Source: Eledone cirrhosa
Taxonomy: Eukaryota
Assembly (NCBI GenBank): GCA_964016885.1
Contig: OZ024755.1
Location: 41,478,001-41,542,000 of the forward strand
Reading direction: 5' to 3'
Length of the DNA stretch: 64,000 bases
Part shown: positions 11,101 through 26,391 of the stretch, in pieces
Layout of the letters: every line of letters begins with the position of its first letter
How positions within the stretch are numbered: position 1 is the first letter of the stretch
Notes under the pieces: generated by a model
The model's database searches: none
Told to the model about the DNA's origin: nothing
What the model saw: the letters and a program-made list of their open reading frames with translations, nothing else
Translations under genes and position numbers: made by a program

Positions 11101-14100
11101 AGGTGTGAGATAATAGGTAGATCATATTCAGATAGGTAGGTAATATTGTAGTAAATAGAGAGAGACTGAAAGATAACAGGTAATATTGTAGAAGAAATCT
11201 ACTTACTACTTGATTGGAATCCAAGAAAACAGGACATGGTGGTAAATCTGTCTGTTTAGAAATAGTTGAGACCTGGGGTTGTAGATGAAGACTAACTGGT
11301 TCAGCACAGATAAATCTGAAATATGGAACAAAGTTCATATTTAAGCCTTTCATTACCAGATTTCAAATGAAGAACACTATATGTTACAATAAATGTTGAA
11401 GACAAGCAAGAATTTGGAAAGATTTAGTAAAATAACTGACATTTTCATTATCAAGACTAGCAGAAAAACCACCCTTTGGGTGGTTTTCTGCTAGTATGTG
11501 TAGTGTGCATATTGATATTATATGCAAGTATATATACATGTAGATATGATACATCAAGTAAAATCGTAATTGACAATATACATAGAAATTGAACGAAGAC
11601 GTTGTTACACTGTCTTATGTAATCAGTAACGTAATCCATGATACATTAAAAAAAGACGGTATTATATATAAACTGCATTAGGAGAAAATAAGTGACAGAA
11701 ATATATGAATGTTTATATAAGCGATGGCCAGCCGGAAGTGTTGACATTTGAAAATTTTAAAGAATTGAATCTTAAAATAAGCAACAAAATTATTTATATT
11801 TAATCAAAAATAACGAAATTTAGGAGATAAATTATGTAATATTCATTCATTATTCATTCAAAGTAATTCAACTTATTTTACAAACGGGATAAAAAAATAT
11901 ATTCTGGACGCTGTCCCGCACTCCTTACTTTATTATAGTTTAGATGGTGTTAAAGTTCACACATCCATGGATGCAAAACTGTGGACACATCATCCATGTG
12001 GCATCCTAGATTCACAGGTGTTTTGGGTCTTATACACCTTGAAAGAGGTGACCCGAGGTCAATCAGGCCCCAGTCTATGTCTAAATGACATGCCTCTGAC
12101 ACCACCTGTGTCTAAATGACATGCCTCTGACACCACCTGTGTCTAAATGACATACCTCTGACACCACCAATCAACAATGGAAAGTTTGAATTTAACCATT
12201 TCGATATGAAAAACTCTACCATTTATTTTCAAACATCTTTGAAAATAATCAAAAATTTTGAATGATTTAGTAATGTAACTAATTTCTTATTATTAAATTG
12301 GGTGTTTAGAACATAATTTAACAAAGGATCTTACATTAAATTGGTGTTTGGAACATAACTTAATGATTCTTACATAAAATTATGAAGGTTTTAAGATAAA
12401 CATTTCAAAACAAACAATTTAGTATCCTTGAAGCTGGTTTCTAGCAGTTTAGTCTCAAATAGGTTATATACAAACACTTTACAATTAGAAGTTTCACCTT
12501 ACAAAAGTGGTTGGTATGATAAAGGGTTAATATTTTCAGTATTACTAAAATATAAATTTGAAGAGAACTGAAAAATATTCTCGCTACAGTTTCAATTTAA
12601 GTAAAACTCTAGGATTTGACTGTGATAATATTCAGAATCTCATTGCTGCAATGTTTAAAGGGATGAAATAAGGTATGTGTTTTTTTATAGTTGACACCTG
12701 GGTAGGTTCAGCTGGCTTCCTATCAGGTTTTATCTCATAGGAGGTTTCTTGGATATTTTAATAAGGATCCCAGTCCTATGTTGTTCTTACACCACACACC
12801 TAGGTAGGTTTAGTTGGCTTCCTAAGAGATTGCATCTGAAAAGAGGTTTCATGGATGCTTTAATAAAGGTCCCACACCTATCATCTTGTTAGAGGTCACA
12901 CCTATGTAAATTTCGTTGGCTTCCTATAAGACTGTATCTCACAGGTGTTTCAACCCTTTAGCATTTAAACCAAACTTATCTGGTCAGAATTCTCTCACCC
13001 CTTTCTGTTCAAACTGGCTGCTCATACTTATGTTAAGGTATTTTTCTCAAAATAAATAACATCAAAATCTCAGATTCGATATTATGTAAGATAAAGCCTT
13101 ACCTCAAAAAAACAATAGTATATATAGAATAATGTAAATGCTAAAAGGTTAATGATAGGAGCTTCAATCCTATTGACCATAATGAACTGCCCAATCCAAC
13201 TTTATGAGCGTGTCCAAGGGGCTATGTGTCTTTACAAGAGACTGTTACTTACTTGACAGTGGTTTCTACAACAACTGGTAGGAGATTAGTATGTGTGGGT
13301 TTATTTCCAACTTTCAGTTTTATAATCTGTAGAGAGATAAGTAAAATAATTATTTCTCTCTTCCTTCTGTGTACTTGGGAATGACTCATAAAATTGTTAT
13401 TGTAAGACAGTTACAAGAGAAGTAGAGAAAAAAGAGCAAGAAATTGTTTGATCCGGAGAGGGTTGACAGTTTGGTGAAGTAGCCTGAACACAGAGTTAGG
13501 AGAGGAGGAATGGTTAGAGTAGTAATGACAATGAATGAGAGAGAGCCTGAAGTCATAAGGAAGAGAAAAGAAACAGGGACCCGTTTAAAGTAAAGGTTGG
13601 ATTATATAAAGGGATCAATATTAAGCTGACAATTATTAGTAGTTCTGATGGAGGTACTGGCTTGAAACATAAAAGAAGGTTTATCATGGGAGTTGATTTA
13701 TGCAGATAACCTGGTGTTGATTAACTGAGTATGGACAACCTGAAGATGAAGAATAGACAGAAGGAATGTATGGAAGCAAGAAGTATTAATGTAAATACTG
13801 GAAAGATATCCATAAAGAATATGGACATTGGAAGGTGCCCATGTGCAGTGTGTAGAAAGGGTGTTGTAATGGACTCCAATGAATATACTGGGGAGGGATA
13901 CACCACACATGTAGTGGTGGTGAGAAGTGATTACTAAATATTGTGGCAGCAACAGTATATATGGAGGGTACTACAGATGGAGGAGATACTGAGCTGGGTG
14001 CTGGGATGGGGTGGGGATAGGGTACTACAGATGGAGGAGATACTGAGCTGGGTGCTGGGATGGGGTGGGGATAGGGTACTACAGATGGAGGAGATACTGA

Positions 14101-17100
14101 GCTGGGTGCTGGGATGGGGTGGGGATAGGGTACTACAGATGGAGGAGATACTGAGCTGGGTGCTGGGATGGGGTGGGGATAGGGTACTACAGATGGAGGA
14201 GGTACTGAGCTGGGTGCTGGGATGGGGTGGGGATAGGGTACTACAGATGGAGGAGGTACTGAGCTGGGTGTTGGGATGGGGTGGGGATAGGGTACTACAG
14301 ATGGAGGAGGTACTGAGCTGGGTGTTGGGATGGGGTGGGGATAGGGTACTACAGATGGAGGAGATACTGAGCTGGGTGCTGGGATGGGGTGGGGATAGGG
14401 TACTACAGATGGAGGAGATACTGAGCTGGGTGCTGGGATGGGGTGGGGATAGGGTACTACAGATGGAGGAGATACTGAGCTGGGTGCTGGGATGGGGTGG
14501 GGATAGGGTACTACAGATGGAGGAGGTACTGAGCTGGGTGCTGGGATGGGGTGGGGATAGGGTACTACAGATGGAGGAGGTACTGAGCTGGGTGTTGGGA
14601 TGGGGTGGGGATAGGGTACTACAGATGGAGGAGGTACTGAGCTGGGTGTTGGGATGGGGTGGGGATAGGGTACTACAGATGGAGGAGATACTGAGCTGGG
14701 TGCTGGGATGGGGTGGGGATAGGGTACTACAGATGGAGGAGATACTGAGCTGGGTGCTGGGATGGGGTGGGGATAGGGTACTACAGATGGAGGAGATACT
14801 GAGCTGGGTGCTGGGATGGGGTGGGGATAGGGTACTACAGATGGAGGAGATACTGAGCTGGGTGCTGGGATGGGGTGGGGATAGGGTACTACAGATGGAG
14901 GAGATACTGAGCTGGGTGCTGGGATGGGGTGGGGATAGGGTACTACAGATGGAGGAGATACTGAGCTGGGTGCTGGGATGGGGTGGGGATAGGGTACTAC
15001 AGATGGAGGAGATACTGAGCTGGGTGCTGGGATGGGGTGGGGATAGGGTACTACAGATGGAGGAGATACTGAGCTGGGTGCTGGGATGGGGTGGGGATAG
15101 GGTACTACAGATGGAGGAGATACTGAGCTGGGTGCTGGGATGGGGTGGGGATAGGGTACTACAGATGGAGGAGATACTGAGCTGGGTGCTGGGATGGGGT
15201 GGGGATAGGGTACTACAGATGGAGGAGGTACTGAGCTGGGTGCTGGGATGGGGTGGGGATAGGGTACTACAGATGGAGGAGGTACTGAGCTGGGTGTTGG
15301 GATGGGGTGGGGATAGGGTACTACAGATGGAGGAGGTACTGAGCTGGGTGTTGGGATGGGGTGGGGATAGGGTACTACAGATGGAGGAGATACTGAGCTG
15401 GGTGCTGGGATGGGGTGGGGATAGGGTACTACAGATGGAGGAGATACTGAGCTGGGTGCTGGGATGGGGTGGGGATAGGGTACTACAGATGGAGGAGGTA
15501 CTGAGCTGGGTGCTGGGATGGGGTGGGGATAGGGTACTACAGATGGAGGAGGTACTGAGCTGGGTGTTGGGATGGGGTGGGGATAGGGTACTACAGATGG
15601 AGGAGGTACTGAGCTGGGTGCTGGGATGGGGTGGGGATAGGGTACTACAGATGGAGGAGGTACTGAGCTGGGTGTTGGGATGGGGTGGGGATAGGGTACT
15701 ACAGATGGAGGAGGTACTGAGCTGGGTGTTGGGATGGGGTGGGGATAGGGTACTACAGATGGAGGAGGTACTGAGCTGGGTGCTGGGATGGGGTGGGGAT
15801 AGGGTACTACAGATGGAGGAGGTACTGAGCTGGGTGTTGGGATGGGGTGGGGATAGGGTACTACAGATGGAGGAGGTACTGAGCTGGGTGCTGGGATGGG
15901 GTGGGGATAGGGTACTACAGATGGAGGAGATACTGAGCTGGGTGCTGGGATGGGGTGGGGATAGGGTACTACAGATGGAGGAGATACTGAGCTGGGTGCT
16001 GGGATGGGGTGGGGATAGGGTACTACAGATGGAGGAGATACTGAGGTGGGTGCTGGGATGGGGTGGGGATAGGGTACTACAGATGGAGGAGATACTGAGC
16101 TGGGTGCTGGGATGGGGTGGGGATAGGGTACTACAGATGGAGGAGATACTGAGCTGGGTGCTGGGATGGGGTGGGGATAGGGTACTACAGATGGAGGAGA
16201 TACTGAGCTGGGTGCTGGGATGGGGTGGGGATAGGGTACTACAGATGGAGGAGGTACTGAGCTGGGTGCTGGGATGGGGTGGGGATAGGGTACTACAGAT
16301 GGAGGAGATACTGAGCTGGGTGCTGGGATGGGGTGGGGATAGGGTACTACAGATGGAGGAGATACTGAGCTGGGTGCTGGGATGGGGTGGGGATAGGGTA
16401 CAACAGATGGAGGAGATACTGAGCTGGGTGCTGGGATGGGGTGGGGATAGGGTACTACAGATGGAGGAGGTACTGAGCTGGGTGCTGGGATGGGGTGGGG
16501 ATAGGGTACTACAGATGGAGGAGGTACTGAGCTGGGTGCTGGGATGGGGTGGGGATAGGGTACTACAGATGGAGGAGGTACTGAGCTGGGTGCTGGGATG
16601 GGGTGGGGATAGGGTACTACAGATGGAGGAGATACTGAGCTGGGTGCTGGGATGGGATGGGGATAGGGTACTACAGATGGAGGAGATACTGAGCTGGGTG
16701 CTGGGATGGGGTGGGGATAGGGTACTACAGATGGAGGAGATACTGAGCTGGGTGCTGGGATGGGGTGGGGATAGGGTACTACAGATGGAGGAGGTACTGA
16801 GCTGGGTGCTGGGATGGGGTGGGGATAGGGTACTACAGATGGAGGAGGTACTGAGCTGGGTGCTGGGATGGGGTGGGGATAGGGTACTACAGATGGAGGA
16901 GGTACTGAGCTGGGTGCTGGGATGGGGTGGGGATAGGGTACTACAGATGGAGGAGATACTGAGCTGGGTGCTGGGATGGGATGGGGATAGGGTACTACAG
17001 ATGGAGGAGATACTGAGCTGGGTGCTGGGATGGGGTGGGGATAGGGTACTACAGATGGAGGAGATACTGAGCTGGGTGCTGGGATGGGGTGGGGATAGGG

Positions 17101-20100
17101 TACTACAGATGGAGGAGATACTGAGCTGGGTGCTGGGATGGGGTGGGGATAGGGTACTACAGATGGAGGAGATACTGAGCTGGGTGCTGGGATGGGGTGG
17201 GGATAGGGTACTACAGATGGAGGAGATACTGAGCTGGGTGCTGGGATGGGGTGGGGATAGGGTACTACAGATGGAGGAGATACTGAGCTGGGTGCTGGGA
17301 TGGGGTGGGGATAGGGTACTACAGATGGAGGAGGTACTGAGCTGGGTGCTGGGATGGGGTGGGGATAGGGTACTACAGATGGAGGAGGTACTGAGCTGGG
17401 TGCTGGGATGGGGTGGGGATAGGGTACTACAGATGGAGGAGGTACTGAGCTGGGTGCTGGGATGGGGTGGGGATAGGGTACTACAGATGGAGGAGATACT
17501 GAGCTGGGTGCTGGGATGGGATGGGGATAGGGTACTACAGATGGAGGAGATACTGAGCTGGGTGCTGGGATGGGGTGGGGATAGGGTACTACAGATGGAG
17601 GAGATACTGAGCTGGGTGCTGGGATGGGGTGGGGATAGGGCACTACAGATGGAGGAGATACTGAGCTGGGTGCTGGGATGGGGTGGGGATAGGGTACTAC
17701 AGATGGAGGAGGTACTGAGCTGGGTGTTGGGATGGGGTGGGGATAGGGTACTACAGATGGAGGAGGTACTGAGCTGGGTGCTGGGATGGGGTGGGGATAG
17801 GGTACTACAGATGGAGGAGGTACTGAGCTGGGTGCTGGGATGGGGTGGGGATAGGGCACTACAGATGGAGGAGGTACTGAGCTGGGTGCTGGGATGGGGT
17901 GGGGATAGGGTACTACAGATGGAGGAGGTACTGAGCTGGGTGCTGGGATGGGGTGGGGATAAGGTACTACAGATGGAGACTGAGCTGGGTGCTGGGATGG
18001 GGTGGGGATAGGGTACTACAGATGGAGGAGATACTGAGCTGGGTGCTGGGATGGGGTGGGGATAGGGTACTACAGATGGAGGAGGTACTGAGCTGGGTGT
18101 TGGGATGGGGATAGGGTACTACAGATGGAGGAGGTACTGAGCTGGGTGCTGGGATGGGGTGGGGATAGGGTACTACAGATGGAGGAGGTACTGAGCTGGG
18201 TGTTGGGATGGGGTGGGGATAGGGTACTACAGATGGAGGAGGTACTGAGCTGGGTGCTGGGATGGGGTGGGGATAGGGTACTACAGATGGAGGAGGTACT
18301 GAGCTGGGTGCTGGGATGGGGTGGGGATAGGGTACTACAGATGGAGGAGGTACTGAGCTGGGTGTTGGGATGGGGATAGGGTACTACAGATGGAGGAGGT
18401 ACTGAGCTGGGTGCTGGGATGGGGTGGGGATAGGGTACTACAGATGGAGGAGGTACTGAGCTGGGTGTTGGGATGGGGATAGGGTACTACAGATGGAGGA
18501 GGTACTGAGCTGGGTGCTGGGATGGGGTGGGGATAGGGTACTACAGATGGAGGAGATACTGAGCTGGGTGCTGGGATGGGGTGGGGATAGGGTACTACAG
18601 ATGGAGGAGGTACTGAGCTGGGTGCTGGGATGGGGTACTACAGATGGAGGAGGTACTGAGCTGGGTGTTGGGATGGGGTGGGGATAGGGTACTACAGATG
18701 GAGGAGATACTGAGCTGGGTGCTGGGATGGGGTGGGGATAGGGTACTACAGATGGAGGAGGTACTGAGCTGGGTGCTGGGATGGGGTGGGGATAGGGTAC
18801 TACAGATGGAGGAGGTACTGAGCTGGGTGTTGGGATGGGGATAGGGTACTACAGATGGAGGAGGTACTGAGCTGGGTGCTGGGATGGGGTGGGGATAGGG
18901 TACTACAGATGGAGGAGGTACTGAGCTGGGTGTTGGGATGGGGTGGGGATAGGGTACTACAGATGGAGGAGATACTGAGCTGGGTGCTGGGATGGGGTGG
19001 GGATAGGGTACTACAGATGGAGGAGGTACTGAGCTGGGTGCTGGGATGGGGTGGGGATAGGGTACTACAGATGGAGGAGGTACTGAGCTGGGTGTTGGGA
19101 TGGGGATAGGGTACTACAGATGGAGGAGGTACTGAGCTGGGTGCTGGGATGGGGTGGGGATAGGGTACTACAGATGGAGGAGGTACTGAGCTGGGTGTTG
19201 GGATGGGGTGGGGATAGGGTACTACAGATGGAGGAGGTACTGAGCTGGGTGCTGGGATGGGGTGGGGATAGGGTACTACAGATGGAGGAGATACTGAGCT
19301 GGGTGTTGGGATGGGGTGGGGATAGGGTACTACAGATGGAGGAGGTACTGAGCTGGGTGTTGGGATGGGGTGGGGATAGGGTACTACAGATGGAGGAGGT
19401 ACTGAGCTGGGTGCTGGGATGGGGTGTGGATAGGGTACTACAGATGGAGGAGATACTGAGCTGGGTGCTGGGATGGGGTGGGGATAGGGTACTACAGATG
19501 GAGGAGGTACTGAGCTGGGTGTTGGGATGGGGTGGGGATAGGGTACTACAGATGGAGGTACTAAGCTGGGTGTTGGGATGGGGTGGGGATAGGGTACTAC
19601 AGATGGAGGAGGTACTGAGCTGGGTGTTGGGATGGGGTGGGGATAGGGTACTACAGATGGAGGAGATACTGAGCTGGGTGCTGGGATGGGGTGGGGATAA
19701 GGTACTACAGATGGAGGAGGTACTGAGCTGGGTGTTGGGATGGGATGGGGATAGGGTACTACAGATGGAGGAGATACTGAGCTGGGTGCTGGGATGGGGT
19801 GGGGATAGGGTACTACAGATGGAGGAGGTACTGAGCTGGGTGCTGGGATGGGGTGGGGATAGGGTACTACAGATGGAGGAGGTACTGAGCTGGGTGTTGG
19901 GGTGGGGTGGGGATAGGGTACTACAGATGGAGGAGGTACTGAGCTGGGTGTTGGGATGGGGTGGGGATAGGGTACTACAGATGGAGGAGGTACTGAGCTG
20001 GGTGTTGGGATGGGGTGGGGATAGGGTACAACAGATGGAGGAGGTACTGAGCTGGGTGCTGGGATGGGGTGGGGATAGGGTACTACAGATGGAGGAGATA

Positions 20101-23100
20101 CTGAGCTGGGTGCTGGGATGGGGTGGGGATAGGGTACTACAGATGGAGGAGGTACTGAGCTGGGTGCTGGGATGGGGTGAGGATAGGGTACTACAGATGG
20201 AGGAGGTACTGAGCTGGGTGCTGGGATGGGGTGGGGATAGGGTACTACAGATGGAGGAGGTACTGAGCTGGGTGCTGGGATGGGGTGGGGATAGGGTACT
20301 ACAGATGGAGGAGGTACTGAGCTGGGTGCTGGGATGGGGTGGGGATAGGGTACTACAGATGGAGGAGGTACTGAGCTGGGTGTTGGGATGGGGTGAGGAT
20401 AGGGTACTACAGATGGAGGAGATACTGAGCTGGGTGTTGGGATGGGATGGGGATAGGGTACAACAGATGGAGGAGGTACTGAGCTGGGTGCTGGGATGGG
20501 GTGGGGATAGGGTACTACAGATGGAGGAGATACTGAGCTGGGTGCTGGGATGGGGTGGGGATAGGGTACTACAGATGGAGGAGGTACTGAGCTGGGTGCT
20601 GGGATGGGGTGGGGATAGGGTACTACAGATGGAGGTACTAAGCTGGGTGTTGGGATGGGGTGGGGATAGGGTACTACAGATGGAGGAGGTACTGAGCTGG
20701 GTGTTGGGATGGGGTGGGGATAGGGTACTACAGATGGAGGAGATACTGAGCTGGGTGTTGAGATGGGGTGGGGATAGGGTACTACAGATGGAGGAGGTAC
20801 TGAGCTGGGTGTTGGGATGGGGTGAGGATAGGGTACTACAGATGGAGGAGGTACTGAGCTGGGTGTTGGGATGGGGTGGGGATAGGGTACTACAGATGGA
20901 GGAGGTACTGAGCTGGGTGTTGGGAATGGTGTGGGGATAGGAAACTGTGAAAATATTGTTACTTTGGAGACATGATGGAGAAAGTGGATGAGGTTTGGTG
21001 AGGGTGAGATGTAGACAGAAGTTGCAAGAACTGAGTGATGTGTTGAGATGGAGTGTTGCTGAAATTGGAGGGAAAAGTTTGTTCTGCATGTGAAAGTAGT
21101 GCCATTATTTATGGGACACATGGCTGATGTGGAGCAGCAGAGAAACCTGGAAAAAACAGAAATGAGAATTGTTTGGTGGATATGTGGTAGCTCAATGAAT
21201 TGCAAAGGATGACGGGAATGAGACATGGAATGGAATGGTTGGGTGATGTATTAAGGAAGGATGAAAGTGATTGGGTGATGGGAATAGTAGCAGAGATGAA
21301 TGGGAAGAGAAATAGAATGAGATGTTTAGGTCTTGTGTTGAAATTGACTGGGTGACGTGACTGGGTGAGAAGAGTGACGTGACTGGGTGAGCGGAGTGAC
21401 GTGACTGGGTGAGCGGAGTGACGTGACTGGGTGAGAGAAGTGACGTGACTGGGTGAGAGAAGTGACGTGACTGGGTGAGCGGAGTGACGTGACTGGGTGA
21501 GAGAAGTGACGTGACTGGGTGAGAGAAGTGACGTGACTGGGTGAGAAGAGTCACGTGACTGGGTGAGAGAAGTGACGTGACATAAATAAATGTAGAAGGT
21601 GGTAAAAGAGTAAGACTAGAAAGCCATGGCTAAAAATGAGGAGCAAATGAAAGCAAGGATGTTAGTGTGTTGGAGAAGCCTGTTTAGGGGCATGCAGGGT
21701 TAACTTGTTTGGATCTTAACCCTGCAGACCTCTTGACAGGTTTAGCAGGGAAAATAGACTTAAAATGTTTATTGTTGTGAGATGTACACATTAAGCGACA
21801 TTAAGGGATAGAAGATGTATAAACTCACCTGTTCCCCCATTCCTACACACACAACTTGAAAAGCATGAAGACCACCTTTAAAAAGACACAAAATATGGAA
21901 TCGTTTTTAAATATAGGAAATTAATTATATATTTAAATATATATCAGAAGACCTGACATCCTACGGGTACAAGCCAAAGCTGAAGAATTTAGACAGTATG
22001 TCCCACCTCCCTCACACCGTAAAGTGGTTGTGTAAGTGTCACGACAAAAGAGCACCCAGCACTTACTGTAAATGAGGTTGGTGTCAGGAAGGGCATCCAG
22101 CTGTAGAAATCAAGCCAGAATCATTTCTGTATGAGCAAGACATGGTCACCTGGCCTGGCATTGCCCACAACAGGACAACTCGTCTAGCCCATGCTAGCGT
22201 GGAAGAATGGACATAAAACGGTGATGATGATGATATATCAAAGCTCACAACATACATCAAGAAATATGAATGAGTGTTTATTTTATCGACCACGGAAGGA
22301 TGAAAAGCAAAGCTGACTTTGGCAGGATTTGAACTAAGAGAAAAGAGTCCTAACTAAATGCTGCAAAGTATTTTGCCTCATGCAAACAATTCTGTCAATC
22401 CACCACCCTTTAACTAATAATTATTTCTACTTTTGGCACAAGGCCAGCAATTACCCAGTACATTACTGGTACTTTATTTTATCAACCCCATAAGGATGAA
22501 AGGCAAAGTTAACCTCGACAGGATTTGAACTCAGACCGTAAAGGGACGTAACTATGCTGGAAAGCATGGTGTCCGACCCTCAACCGATACTGCCAATTCA
22601 CTTAACTAATAATGATTTCTAACAGAGGTACAAAGTAACAGTTATACTGATGTTTATGATCCACTAGGTTAGATTGAGCTGAGTTTAACTAGTGAATCTA
22701 CAGCATCAGAGTTGTCCATGATCCACTAGGTAAGATTGAGCTGGGTTTAACCAGTGAGTCTACAGCATCAGAGCTGTCCATGATCACCTAGGTTAAATTG
22801 AGCTGGGTTTAACCAGTGAGTCTATAGTATCAGAGTTGTCCATGATCCCCTAGGTTAGATTCAGCTGGGTTTAACCAGTGAATCTACAGCATCAGAGTTA
22901 TCCATGATCCCCTAGGTTAGATTGAGCTGGGTTTAACCAGTGAATCTACAGCATCAGAGTTGTCCATGATCTCCTAGGTTATATTGAGCTGGGTTTAACC
23001 AGTGAATCTACAGCATCACCAACAAGTTGTCCATACATGGTGATTTACAGACATCTGATGCAGATATTTGTCAGCCAGTCATGATTCCAATAGCAGCATC

Positions 23101-26100
23101 ATATATATGAGGAAGAGATAGCTCAACATCCAACTTGATTATGTTAATCCATGTTTTTAGCAGTCCACCTGGCTGAGAGGGGCTCTGATGTAAATGTATC
23201 AGAGATGAGTTCACCTAGCAGGAGGTGGAGTGCATATTCAAACCAACGGAGCCACCTTTTGGACAAAACTTTACTGGAGAGATCAATATACAAACGCACA
23301 AACACTGTAAATCTCTAAACAATACATTAATTTCTGAGAAACAATTCTAAGACTTACGGTGGAGACTGAACTCAATTCCAGATAAATGAGAAAAACTAAC
23401 AAAGTTGGCACTTGGTAACACTGAAAGAAAAAATAGAATTATTAGTGTTTATCTTAGAAGCTCAATATCTAAAAGAAAAATACACATAACATTATCAAAA
23501 TTATTTCCCTTTGAATATGAATTAAAAACAGTTTTCTAAAAAACCATAGGGTAGAGGGCTCTTTAGTTGAGTCTATAACCAACAATCTCCCTAATGCTGG
23601 TACCACAATAAAATGCAGCCAGCATACTCTGTAAAGTGGTTGGTGATAGGAAGGACACCCAGTCATAGAAAGAAAACCAAACAATGGGCTGAGAAGACCT
23701 TTTAGTTGCATCAAGGGTATGTCAACTTTTCTAGTGTTACACAACAAATGTACCCAGCACACGTGGTGCTGTGATTAGTGATAGGAAGGATATAGAGTCG
23801 TAGAAAACCTGCTAAGCAAAAGCTGGGAAGACTCTTTAACTCTGTCAAAGATGTGATAACCTCCCTGGTGCTGGAGCCATTATAATACACCTGGTACACT
23901 CTGCAGAGTGTCGGAATGTATGTGACTTGGAGAGGGCAACCAATCTTGGGTGGCACTGGCTCCAATGAAATACTGACTTGGTCGGTGACAATCCATGGAA
24001 CCCTTGTTAACAGGTAAAACTGGGATGAGACTCCATGGAACCCTTGTTAACAGGTAAAACTAGGGTGAGACTCCATGGAACCCTTGCTAACAGGTAAAAA
24101 ACTAGGGTGAGACTCCATGGAACCCTTGTTAACAGGTAAAAAACTAGGGTGAGACTCCATGGAACCCTTGCTAACAGGTAAAAAACTAGGGTGAGACTCC
24201 ATGGAACCCTTGCTAACAGGTAAAAAACTAGGGTGAGACTCCATGGAACCCTTGCTAACAGGTAAAAAACTAGGGTGAGACTCCATGGAACCCTTGCTAA
24301 CAGGTAAAACTAGGGTGAGACTCCATGGAACCCTTGCTAACAGGTAAAACTAGGGTGAGACTCTATGGAACCCTTGCTAACAGGTAAAACTAGGGTGAGA
24401 CTCCATGGAACCCTTGCTAACAGGTAAAACTAGGGTGACAATCCATGGAACCCTTGCTAACAGGTAAAACTAGGGTGAGACTCCATGGAACCCTTGCTAA
24501 CAGGTAAAACTAGGGTGACAATCCATGGAACCCTTGCTAACAGGTAAAACTAGGGTGACAAATCTTGATGTACAATATATCTGAAAAGATTTCATTGAAA
24601 GAGCACCAGTTTTCTCAATTTCTCACCCCTGTTTACATCCTTCCTCAATATCAGCAGGCAAATATCTATAAGTTTGTTAATTCAAATGTTTCAAACATCT
24701 TTACTAATGGACAGATCTTAATGTTCAATATTGGAATAAAAACGTAATTTATAATTGGATGCAGTCCTAGTTCAGTTTTCTAATTTATATGTCAGAGGAT
24801 GTTGAGAGCTAATTCAAAACTCAAAAATTAAAACTTACAGTTTTCAAAATATTCTGTAGGATCCAGCTGCCATGGTTGAGGACCTCCAGAAAACAAAATG
24901 TCTTTTGAAGAACCAAGAGTGACAATGCTTAAAGGACTTTCAGCCTAAAATTCGAAAAGAAAAACAATGTAGTTCATAATAGTTCCATAAAAGAGAAACA
25001 GGAGTTGGTCCTAATTTGGTTAGTTTAATAGTTCTGTAAATGAGTGAAGTGAGAGTGTGGCTTTGTCAAAGAGTGAAGTGAGAGTGTGGCTTTGTCAAAG
25101 AGTGAAGTGAGAGTGTGGCTTTGTCAAAGAGTGAAGTGAGAGTGTGGCTTTGTCAAAGAGTGAAGTGAGAGTGTGGCTTTGTCAAAGAGTGAAGTGAGAG
25201 TGTGGCTTTGTCAAAGAGTGAAGTGAGAGTGTGGCTTTGTCAAAGAGTGAAGTGAGAGTGTGGCTTTGTCAAAGAGTGAAGTGAGAGTGTGGCTTTGTCA
25301 AAGAGTGAAGACAGAGTGTGACTTTGTCAAAGAGTGAAGTGAGAGTGTGACTTTGTCAAAGAGTGAAGTGAGAGTGTGACTTTGTCAAAGAGTGAAGTGA
25401 GAGTGTGACTTTGTCAAAGAGTGAAGTGAGAGTGTGACTTTGTCAAAGAGTGAAGTGAGAGTGTGACTTTGTCAAAGAGTGAAGTGAGAGTGTGACTTTG
25501 TCAAAGAGTGAAGTGAGAGTGTGACTGTCAAAGAGTGAAGTGAGAGTGTGGCTTTGTCAAAGAGTGAAGTGAGAGTGGCTTTGTCAAAGAGTGAAGTGAG
25601 AGTGGCTTTGTCCAAGTCAATAAAAACATTTCATTTTCTCCTTTCTTAGCACTTATGTACTAACACAGGAGCTTCAACATTGATTCAAGACCCCAACACC
25701 AACATGACGGTTGACAGCAAATATGCTCAGAATAAACTTAGACCAAACACAACTTGCCCTTTGATAATGGTATAAAGCCCTGGTTGCTACCTTTAGCAGT
25801 GTATTATACTCACCTACAAGAGTAAACCCCTGCTACAAAGTAAACCCCTACTTATAGAAGGTTGGTATGTCATAGTTATAGGCTTGAAAAACTGAATCAC
25901 TGCATCTTCTGCTTCATCAGCTGTTGTCAAGACATATAGAGAGGGAACATCTCTCATAGAGAAACTGTAGTCTATGGGGAAAGTATGTGAACCCCGTTAG
26001 TATCAGCTAATGAAAGCCCCTGTCGCCTTCTTTAAAAAGGTAAAGGCATGTATCATCCTTAAAAAACAACTTACCACAAGGGGTTTGTATGCAGCAATAG

Positions 26101-26352
26101 TAACAGAAGCTTGTAAAACACTGTGTAAACCTTGATAAGTGACTGTTATTCGACAACTGCCAGGCTGCTTTGCCAGGAGCTGAATGGAGGTACAGCTAGT
26201 TTTCTCAGCATCTACAGTTCCAGCATGGTCTGAAAAGCAATGAATTAATAATGATAAAACAATTATTTAAGATTTGTAATTTGTTTTGTAAGATTCTTGA
26301 AGCGACTGTGTTAAAAGAGATATTATTGTACTTTAGGAGGGTCATAGCCAAT

Positions 26353-26391
<39 letters not shown>

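Larger units (their letters stand above)
13560..21770 (+). mobile_element. Decayed RTE-clade LINE split by the 54-bp array
   Basis: WELIYADNL-like RT motif near 13685-13712 and GRCPCAVCRKGV before the array; ETV..CYFGD-like and later RTE C-terminal remnants after it. Confidence 0.75.

Noticed and set aside
13786-21226. Very long ORFs (1357, 1356, 808, 674, 606 aa) resembling extensin/mucin-like proteins
   Set aside because: Translations of a 54-bp array that is stop-free in several frames on both strands; intronic, with no unique coding flanks or splice context.
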